64,000 nucleotides of DNA from Macrostomum lignano. Lineage: Eukaryota. Shown one piece after another: positions 53,278 through 64,000 of this stretch (position 1 is the stretch's first letter; the number at the start of each line of letters is the position of its first letter). A model generated the notes under the pieces. It was not told the DNA's origin. It saw only the letters and a list, made by a program, of their open reading frames with translations, and ran no database searches. A program made the translations under genes and the position numbers. Location of the stretch: NCBI GenBank assembly GCA_002269645.1, contig NIVC01003859.1, forward strand, positions 9,441 through 73,440, written 5' to 3'.

Positions 53278-54525
53278 TCACTCACAGTTCGAGCAGACTT
53301 CGGATGCAGCAGCTCCGGTCAGCTTTGCCCGCCACTTACGGCAGCGGTGCAGGCAGTAGCGGCACATCTGGCAGAAGAACACGGCGCCCAGTAGCCACAT
53401 GACGGCCGCACCCAGACGGCCCAGCAGATCGGTGCGCGGGTTCAACCAGTAGGACACTGCCAGGCAGCTACCCAGACAGAGCCGCAGGATGCCGAATGTA
53501 CTGAAGAAGGCGAGCTCAACTGCCAGTAGCTGCCATGTATGCGACTGGCCCCGCTCCCGCATGAACCAGCGCAGCTGCAGGAGCGGGTTGGTCAGCTCTG
53601 AGCCTCCAACAGTGGCTGCCAGCTCTGGACCCCATTTTCCTGCAGCCAGAGCCACTGAGAGACCAAGAATGCTGGCGCAGTGATGGAACAACATTACCAG
53701 GCCTTCAGTGTCGAAGTACAGACACCAGAGCAGGTCGAACAGAAAGTAGCCAAGGCATGCAATAAAGAGGACTCTTTCGAGTAGCGTTTGGGCCAAACCT
53801 ATAATGTATATAATGTAAACATTATAGGCAAAATAAGTCTGCAATCTAGGACACAATGCACTTCTCAACTTTTCCCTATGCTGTTAATTTATATTTTAAG
53901 TTAGGAATTTCCTCAGCGTTCCTTGCCTTGAAATTTTCTCAGACCTTCATCCCCCGTATTCCAAACCTTTAGTGTATGCCACTGCCGCGTCTGAAGACAT
54001 TCAGTAGGTGCTCATTCATGTATGGGGGCAAACTTGGACTTACCTAGCTGTTTGAACTGGCAACTACTGGTGACTGGTGATTTTGTACTGGTGAGTAGCT
54101 ATCGGATGAGAGCAGTCCCTTAACTGCTCCGTCCAATAGCGACCTAAATGTGAATCTGAGCTTCAGTATTTCAGAGGGTTTCGCTTCCAACTACTTACAG
54201 TAGGTGCCCCTCCCTAGTCTTACTACCAAACAGTTAAGCAAGACGCACCTTGATACTTGTGATAAAACGCGTTTCTCCCTGTCACAAAGGTGTCAAACAA
54301 GGCTAGCCCTGAGACCAGGAAGGCGTGGGCCACAGTCACTAGACGGCAGTGCCACTCGTACCTGTGCTTTGGCAGGGAGTAGCACAGGAACATGTAAACT
54401 GAACACCACAGCAGGAACGCTCCCAGCACCTGCACAATCAGCCAACTGTACTGCACAGAGCAGCGGTCGCCATGGAAACTGGCAAGGGTTTCCCTAAAAA
54501 GCCAGGCAACTAAAGCACTAGCCAT
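53278..54525 (-). CDS. TLCD5: TLC-domain membrane protein TLCD5/TMEM136 orthologue, 2 coding exons
   Basis: Exons 54525-54249 and 53798-53278 joined by a phase-1 GT-AG intron. Motifs YEWHCRLVT, GYFLFDLLWC, EGLVMLFHH and GSELTNPLLQLRWF match TMEM136. The start codon is uncertain. Confidence 0.88.
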
Positions 54526-55519
54526 CCAAGAAGATGGGTGACGTTTTGCCGAGCTGAAATATGTGAATTACAACGAGAAGATATTAAAGGTAGGGAGGGG
54601 CTATGTGCACCATGGTACACCTTAAGCAACATTGTCACATAATCACCAGCAGCACAGCAAGAGACATTACTGCCCATTCTGCCAACCCACCTGAGCAGGC
54701 ACACAAGCACATGCATATAGATACATATGCAGTCATACGCATAGGCACATAGGAATTGAGCCTGGGCTGCTGACGCATCAGCTGCTGCTTTTTCTAGAAA
54801 TTCTGCTGGCATTGGCCACTAGGCTACATCCCCCAATGGCACAAGCATACTTTAGCATGCTATGTACTCTACGATTTGCTTCTATTAAATTAAATGTTTG
54901 CTTATAAAAAGTACTCTCCTTCATTGAACTGAACACTGTTTGGTATTCAGTTGATTATAGTCTCTGCACCATAGACTATGGAAAATTTGAGACAAAATTT
55001 CATTTATTGATTCCCTAAAAATGTGTTGTTACTTTGGAAAAGTTTTTTATAATGACATAAAACTAATAATATTGTTACTGTAAGAAAAGTCTAGTATAGA
55101 AAACAGATGAAAAGAGAGTAATATGACTCCTCCAATGGATACAATTGAAAAAGCCAATATAGTACTATACATTGTAGGCTGTACCTATAAAAATATTCCA
55201 CATATATTAATAGTTTCCAAAACTGCCTAAGTATCTATTTTCTGAAATATCAGCCCCTTATTCTTTCAATACAAAACTTTTATAGATTGCCTTTCACTAA
55301 GTACACTATCCATAGCAAACAACAAAATATTTACAAAGATAGAGTTCCTATTTTTGCCAAAATGGTAAAGTGTATGCAGATTAGCAAATTTGATGCATTG
55401 ATCATTGAAATAGCTTTATAGAATAGACCTCTAGTGTGATGTTGCCAGTCATCGATTTTAGAGCTATAAGGGCTGCATGCATGTACATTGCCCTTCTATT
55501 TAATCTTTTGCTGCCTACG

Positions 55520-57170
55520 TGCACACTCAGCATGCACTTCTCAGCATGCAATGAGGGCTGGTCGGCTCTGGATCGGTACAGCTGCAACTCTGGCACGGTC
55601 CGCTCAGGCCAGTTGCCGACCTCCGTGAAGCGCAGCGCCTTCGACAGGATCGGATCAGTTCGGGTCTAGGCTCGAATGTCGCCGGCGGTCACTGGCCCTT
55701 CGCCCAGCATGTCCATGACCAGGACAATAATGTCCGCAGGTGTTGGAGCCTTCGTCGGTCTTTCAGGTAGTGGCAGTCGGCTCAGTGCCTCCGCACACAG
55801 GGTAGTGATTTGCCAGATCGGTGTTCCATCGAGTAGCTATAGCCCGCCAGGATGAGCGCCCACCTCTGAATTCTTACGGACGCCATGGCGGGAATCGGCT
55901 TAGACTCATGCAGGAGTCCTAGCAATGGCTTGTGGTCGCTAACGAGGGTGAATTTCCGGCCGTAAAGGTAGGAGTGAAATCGTTTTACCCCGAAAACGAT
56001 CGCCAGAGCTTCTTTGTCCAGCTGAGAGTACTTCGCCTCGGCATCGTGCAGGAACGCGAAGCGAAAGCGATCGGCCGATCGCAACCGTCAATCCGATGAC
56101 TGATAACGGCGCCGATGCCGTACGGAGAGGCGTCGCACTCCAGCACCAGCGTGCCAGCTTTGCAAAAAGCTCCTCGATTCGCGGCAAGGGGTACATATCC
56201 GGCTCCACGGCGAGGTTGACGGTCTGCTTAAAGTCGGCACAGATGCGCACGGTGCCTTCTGACTTCAGAACGGAAACAATCGGCGATACATAATCTGAGC
56301 TGCTGACTGGTTTGAGTACGCCCTGCTTAATCTCCTTTTCGAGTTGAGCCTCCACCTTAGCCTTAAGCGCAAATGGAACGTTGCGAGCTTTGAATAAACG
56401 AGGCTTGGCATCAGGCTTCAAATGTAGTTGCACGGGTGGACCGTTGTTCTGACCCAGTCCGGGCTCGAAAACAGCTGCATACTTTTCCAGCAAGGCTCGG
56501 ATTCTGGGGTGCTCACCATCTTTTTGCACCTGCTTGATGCTTCTCCAGTCAAGCGGCAAGTCGGCCAGCCAGTCCCGGCCGATCAGATTCGATCCGGAGT
56601 CCTTGACGACGAGTAGCGGGAGCTCCTTGGAGATCTCCGATACGCACGCAGACGTTGATTTGGCGAGGTAGAGGAACCGGCTCCCCTGAATACGTACGAG
56701 CGTACGTAGCTGTGCGTTAGACGGCTCCAGCTTAAGCAGCCCACGGAGCTCAGAGCAAAAAGTATCCGATGAGATAAGCGAGACGGATGCACCAGTGTCA
56801 ATCTCCATTCGAACAGGCGTCTCCTCGATGATGATAGTCGTCTCAATCGCATGCAGCGTATCGCATGCACATGCAGCGTATGTGCCTCCTCTTGGTCTAC
56901 TTCCACCTCTCTAATGGCCTGGTCCGTGCGACGATTGGCAGCTGCTGGCGACTTGCAGGCCGCAGCTGTGTGGCCCACCTTCGAGCTCAGTCGAAACACT
57001 TCTTTTCCAGAAAGGGACACTTGCTTGCCACGTCGCTGGAAGAGGCATCTGAAACAGCGCTTTGATTGATCAGGAAGGCCTCTTGGCTAGCGGATTTCTT
57101 CACAAGCGAGTTGCCTTCAGCAGCCAATGCCTGAGCCTGTGCCAGGGTCAATGCAATGTCAAGCGTCAAA
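55520..57170 (-). pseudogene. Decayed Mag-type Gypsy gag-pol fragment with most of RT deleted
   Basis: Frameshifted Cys knuckles, MEIDTGASVS protease, LIGRDWL and RICADFKQTVN. It jumps at ~56160 to RNase H (ECDASPYGIG, YSQLDKEALAIVFG, IQRWALIL). Confidence 0.85.
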
Positions 57171-59215
57171 TTGCATACAATATTATGTATTTAAAAATAA
57201 AAGATTTAAAATGAAATGAAAGAAACAAAAGAAATTAACAAAATGAATAATTTTTAGCATATAGTAAGCTATGCCTATATAGCAATTTAATTCAAAAAAT
57301 TTCCTATAGAGATGGTATTAAAAAAGCTAAAAATATATTAATTTGCAAGTAAATTTAAAAATATTTAAAAGAACTTTAAAGTATATTAACTAGTAACTCA
57401 TTATTTCCTTAAAGAGATACTATTGTCAATATAATTATATTTTGAAATGCAATCTTAGGTATCCTCAGAAGAAAAAAGGCAATCTCTAATTGTTTGCCTT
57501 AATGCCTTTATTAAATTGTCTAGCTAAGATTATATTTGTATATCTTATATTCCTATTAAACATAACCACTATCTATTTCTGTCTTTACTTTTTGGGGTTT
57601 CTCCTAGGCCCTAAGGTCCCTAGAAACATGTTCAAATAGCAAAAAAATTAAAGACAATCATCAAGGCTTTGTTTTTATTTCTTTTGCTAGTTTTCTTAAT
57701 TTTGCTTGTTTTTCAATACAACAATAGTACACAAATAAGCTACACTGAATTTAACCAATGAATATGAGCAAAATGGATTAATTATTGTTTCTTTCATGAA
57801 AAAACTGTTATCTTATTATTTAAATATTTTTCACTCATATTTAGGCTGTAAGGGGCCTACCTAGGCTAGATTGCACTTCTCTACTTGGAGTTCTCTACTT
57901 CTCTACTCTACTCTATCTTTTTACAGGACATGAAGTGTTTTGTAGCCATTTTTTCTTTTTTATGATTTATCTTATTGTTTGTCAAAATAACTTATAACTG
58001 ATAATTGAAGTCACAAAAAGCAAAAAAAATATAGAATATAATTCAAGAATTAAGACAATACAGACTTGACAAGACAGTCCCTCGTTATTTGCATGCTAAC
58101 TGCATGTCGTTTTTTTACACGGTAACTAAAATAAATGGTTACCATGCTTTTCCGTGCTTTTTGGTTACTTTTCGCTACGCGCATCCCAACTTGCTTTTTG
58201 GTGCCCCAATCTATGAGGCCTTACTTCAAAAGTTTTCTCATAGCATATAATCTATGCTGTATAATAGTCTTATGCAGCAACCTATTAACCTAACCTAACA
58301 AAAGCAATATTGATTTTGTTAAAGTGGCGCTCTATTTTTATTTTGGAAAATCTTCTGCTTGATCAAGCATTAGTTCTGTACAAGACGGTAGCAAAGCAAA
58401 TCATACGTATGAAAAGGAAATAAAATCAGGAATTAAAAAACTTTTCGCACCGAATTTCATTTTAATTCGAGACTTTTAACATTTCAAAAAGTACACGTAC
58501 GTCGTCGGCTCACCAAGATATAAATTAAGGACGACTTAAGTGGACTTATACTTAAAGTCGTCCTTGATATAAATTGAAATCAAATTTGAACCAGACAGAC
58601 AAAAAATAAGATAGAAAAAGTTAAAACAAAAGGAGACACTGGGAAAAAACAATACAATCAAAATATATAATTTTTTGATGCTTTTAAAATTAATTTGAAA
58701 ATAAATCCTGAATCATATTAGAGAACTGATCGAATTAACAACAGCGACGACTTTATAGATCGAAGAAAAGAGAAGATAGTAAGCATGTGTGCATCAGTTG
58801 ACGAATTCACTGTTAGTTATTTATTGGTGAGATGTTATCACTTAAAGCGTTAGGTAGTCTGTTGTCTAAAAATATAATAAAGTAAAAAGTTTGATATATT
58901 AAATTTGTTATTTTTTACTTAAAATAATTCTAATTATTTTGGAAACATAATTCAGTTTTTTCTATTATTTATATTTTAGTCTTATAGCTGTTGGTTAAGT
59001 AAATTTTCAAATACCCAGGTTCTGTAGACAGTAGACCCAGTTTTTTTGCAATACTACTAGATGGCCTATTCTAATGTCATGTGATTCTAGACTTATTGTC
59101 CTTGTTCTAGTTCCACTTGGTCTCATTTCTATTCTTTTTAATAATGGCATATTGATTGTTCAAAATCTCAATCTCTTGCCTAGTGTCTGGTGATTCCTTT
59201 CCAATCCACATATAT

Positions 59216-59716
59216 GCACAACCTTGGGAATCACCTGGCGGTTTCTATTGGCAACACACACATGTAAGTCGCTATTGGCTGAGAGCAGTCACGTGACTAC
59301 TATTCTGTCTGTGACGTTGTCACTTTAAGTAGCCCCGCAAGTGCCGTTTTGACATACGGTACCAATCTTTAATATTACTAGTTCCGTTCTCTCACGTTTG
59401 CTTAAAGTAGTGCCCTAAGAATTTTAATCAGCTGCGTACATTTGTAAAGTCTGCGTACAGCGCGCGATCGATAATTTCTGTTCCTGTTTTTCTCAGCCGG
59501 CCAATAGAAAAACCAAGCCTGCAGCCATTGATTGCATTAACATTAACTTTAACTGATATTACGGCCAAGTGCTACCGCTACAAATTTGCCTCTGCCGCAT
59601 TCATTTGCCTCGCTTATTCTCGAGGCCGCCACACTAGTATCGTCACACTGTCCAATAGCAACAATTACATGTGTGTGTTGCCAATAGAAACGACCAGGTG
59701 AATCCCTAGGTTGCGC
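59216..59716. mobile_element. ~500-bp MITE-like element with ~60-bp TIRs
   Basis: CAACCTTGGGAATCACCTGGCGGTTTCTATTGGCAACACACACATGTAA is mirrored at ~59655-59713. Confidence 0.65.
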
Positions 59717-61632
59717 CCAAGCATACCAATCCAGATACATGTAAATGAGACAGAGGCTTGTGGGCAGCATAGGTTTAAAATCCCTCTGAGCTATTACTCA
59801 TTGCTAGTAAACTTGTTGGAGCTGCTTGTTCAAGTGCCCGGAGCAGCTAGTGGTTGGAGCATTAGGCTGGATGCTGTGCATTCTAGCTCAGTATAGCGAC
59901 TGCTTTGCACTGTTTCTCTACAGATATTCTGTATTGAGCTAGAGCTGCACTAGTAGTACTGTACACGTGCACAGTGCAAAATCTGAAATCATATGGCTAG
60001 CTCTAAAGCTGCTCCTACACCAGAGAAATTTGGAGACCGCATGGTCCATCCTCCATTGGCACCAACCTGAGCTTCTGCGCTAGCTGACTATGTGGGATTC
60101 CCAGGCATTTAGACTGCCTGCCTCTTACATGTAGTAGGTCTACAGTGTGGGGTCAGGGAACCATACTACCTCTACAACCTGGGTGTGTTCAAGTACAAGT
60201 TGGAGACCCACATGGCCTTGTGCAGCAGTGTGCCAGTACTGTACGCCCATGGTTTAGATTGCACTGTGGCAACCATCCAGCACAATGCCAAAGAGACCTA
60301 GATCGATGTTGAAGGCCTTAACATGTGCTGGATGAGAGAGTCTTGCGTTTTCGATCTCTTTCTCATGGCGGCCCAACCCACTGTCCCCATAGGTAGATCC
60401 ACTTGGTTGGCATGACCCCGCTGCTGCCGCTGTTCGCGCAGGCTACCACCAGAGCAGGTGGAACTTTCAGGATGAGGCCAATCCACCACAGTTGGTGACG
60501 AATTTGATGGGAATCTGACTCCCAATCTTAATCCCAGTCAGCCTGGAACCCCAGCTTACCGAGTCCTGACCCCGAAGCTACTGGCCCAAATCCCCAGAGC
60601 TGATGAGTCCCGATCCTGAAATAGCCAGTTTAAATTTTATGAACTCCGCCGCAATTCTGTATCGTTCATACGTATACCTTACCTCGTGGCCTACTGGTAT
60701 AAATTATGATCCCGCACAAGCTCTCGCACAACACAAATGGAAAATGTGCTTCAGGTGGGATATGGCCGAGTTTCCAATCCTCAGCGCCTCATCAACCTGT
60801 TGGAGGAGTGGCCGCGGAGACGATCGTCCATCCGCATGTGAAGGTTGGCGCCTGGTCTGTCTACCAGGAGGTCAGGGACCGCAGTTGGGCGGTGAAACGT
60901 CCCAATGGTGAAGCTTTCGAAGGCTGTTGTTGGCCTAGCACCTTTGCATGGCCCGACTTTCAGAGCCGGTGTGCGCTGGTGAATGTTATGCAGATGCAGT
61001 TTTGTGGCTTGACTTGCACTGTGCTGATGTGCGTACGTGAATGTCGCTGGGCGCCTCTCCGGTGTTCATGCGTGCTGGCTCCATTGTGCCCAGGCGCAGT
61101 TGGCGCCAGGCAGTTCGTCGCTGTACTTGAACGATGGCCACAGCCTGAGTTGCGACGGCAGCCAAAGCGACTCCATCCTGCTAGATTTTAGCTTCTCGGG
61201 CGGGACGCTGACCAGCCGCGGCAGCGTGGCGGGCTTTATCTCCAATATCGCCTTTGTGGGCGTCCTTGGCCGCTTGCCGGCGTCCGCCTCCTCCGGGCTT
61301 GGCGTCACAAACTGCGGATCTCCGACACGATGCCCAACACCGAGTGACCGTGACCATTTCGCAGGCTCAGGAACGCGGCTGCTTCCCGGCGGGCCTCCCA
61401 GGAGCTGGGACGAGCTGTGAAGAGCAGGCGCCCTTTTTGCACTTGGCAGTCCTGTATTTTTGGGAATTTCTGTTGCATTCGATCCTCATTACCATCTTCT
61501 TACAATACTTGTATGCCTATTTATTTAGCATATCATTCATACCAAGATATTTATTTTTGTTTTGCTATTGTCTACTAGTATTGTCTATTATTTGGTTTGA
61601 ATTAAACATAATAATCGTACCCTTTATCTCAG

Positions 61633-62330
61633 CATGATAGTGGTAGCGCGTTGATGCACTGGCGGGTTGTGCATGATTGTTGTAGAGAGGTGATGCACTG
61701 GCGGGTTGTGCATGGTTGCAGAGAGGTGATGCACTGGCGGGTTGTGCATAGTTGTAGAGAGGTGATGCACTGGCGGGTTGTGCATAGTGGTAGAGAGGTG
61801 ATGCACTGGCTGGTTGTGCATGATTGTTGTAGAGAGGTGATTGTTGTAGAGCACTGGCTGGTTGTGCATGATTGTTGTAGAGAGGTGATGCACTGGCGGG
61901 TTGTGCATAGTTGTTGTAGAGAGGTGATGCACTGGCTGGTTGTGCATGATTGTTGCAGAGAGGTGATGCACTGGCGGGTTGTGCATAATTGTTGTAGAGA
62001 GGTGATGCACTGGCGGGTTGTGCATGATTGTTGTAGAGAGGTGATGCACTGGCGGGTTGTGCATTATTGTTGCAGAGTGGTGATGCACTGGCGGGTTGTG
62101 CATAGTTGTAGAGAGGTGATGCACTGGCGGGTGGTGCATAATTGTTGCAGAGAGGTGATGCACTGGCGGGTTGTGCATAGTTGTAGAGAGGTGATGCACT
62201 GGCGGGTGGTGCATAATTGTTGCAGAGAGGTGATGCGCTGGCGGGTTGTGCATAGTGGTAGAGAGGTGATGCACTGGTGGTTGTGCAAATTGTTGTAGAG
62301 AGTTGATGAACTGACGAGCATGCAGTGATG
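61633..62330. repeat. Minisatellite, ~19 units of mostly 33/36 bp (GAGAGGTGATGCACTGGCGGGTTGTGCAT...)
   Basis: Read directly; gives open frames on both strands. Confidence 0.95.
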
Positions 62331-62444
62331 CAGCAACAAAGGCTTGCATTTCACCTGATTGCACCTGAGCGGGTGATCCCTTTTAGTTTTGTGCAAAATG
62401 CAAATTCAATTAACGTTTGTGGTCATGGTCTGATAAGAGTCTTC

Positions 62445-62572
62445 TTTGCTTAGTGGTCATGTTCTTCTTTGCTGAGTTTATTTCGTTGCCTTTCCCAGGA
62501 ATAAAAGGTTTGCTTAGTGGTCATGTTCTTCTTTGCTGAGTTTATTTCGTTGCCTTTCCCAGGAATAAAAGG
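62445..62572. repeat. Perfect 64-bp tandem duplication
   Basis: Copies start at 62445 and 62509. Confidence 0.9.
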
Positions 62573-62894
62573 TATCCTTATTTAGCTAAAACACGCAAAT
62601 TAGCTTCCATGAATTTTGGATTTTTAGATTTTTGGATTTTTGACTTTTATCAATTTTATCAACCTTATGCCTCAACCTACGAGTGTGCAGGCTTAAATTT
62701 AGTTTTGAGCTCTTATAAATCTTAATAGCCAAGGTTTAAAAGGGCTGCTTGCCCTTTACCGGGCAAGCACTTTGCTATTTACCGGTGGTTCTGTGGTAGC
62801 CGGTATGCAAAAATTTCGTTCTCAATTTATGCTTGTTAACCCTAGCGGTGCAATAAGAACGGGCTTTAATGGAGCATTGAAAACATTAGTTTAA

Positions 62895-64000
<1,106 letters not shown>

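Noticed and set aside
60900-61420. GC-rich coding-like patch
   Set aside because: No frame gives a recognisable protein; it could be an exon or TE relic but is unsupported.

Overview
Eukaryotic (metazoan, probably invertebrate) genomic DNA with GC-rich exons and AT-rich introns, dominated by mobile elements. There are three host genes: a spliced Erbin/Densin-type LAP gene (LRR-LAPSD-PDZ, 11367-26030 +), TLCD5/TMEM136 (53278-54525 -) and a frameshifted TWIK-like K2P channel (62924-end +). The centrepiece is a 19.9-kb nest (29244-49126). A ~1.83-kb solo LTR (TSD TTAT) carries a related solo LTR (TSD TGTA), an opposite-strand LTR of its own family (TSD ACAC) and a 14.3-kb Polinton/Maverick (adintovirus-like) element with AGTAG...CTACT termini, ~420-460-bp TIRs and TSD TAAGGA. 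The Polinton has open capsid, penton, ATPase, integrase, PLA2 and membrane-peptide genes. Its pPolB carries a nonsense codon and has lost its 3' catalytic end, and I found no protease gene. Other elements: a near-identical tandem Gypsy dimer sharing a central LTR in LAP intron 3, a CsRn1-type Gypsy 5' end, an apparently intact piggyBac, a long-TIR element splitting a Merlin transposase relic, MITEs, decayed Mag/RTE/mariner fragments and a frame-preserving minisatellite. All calls come from reading the sequence by eye; no database searches were run.
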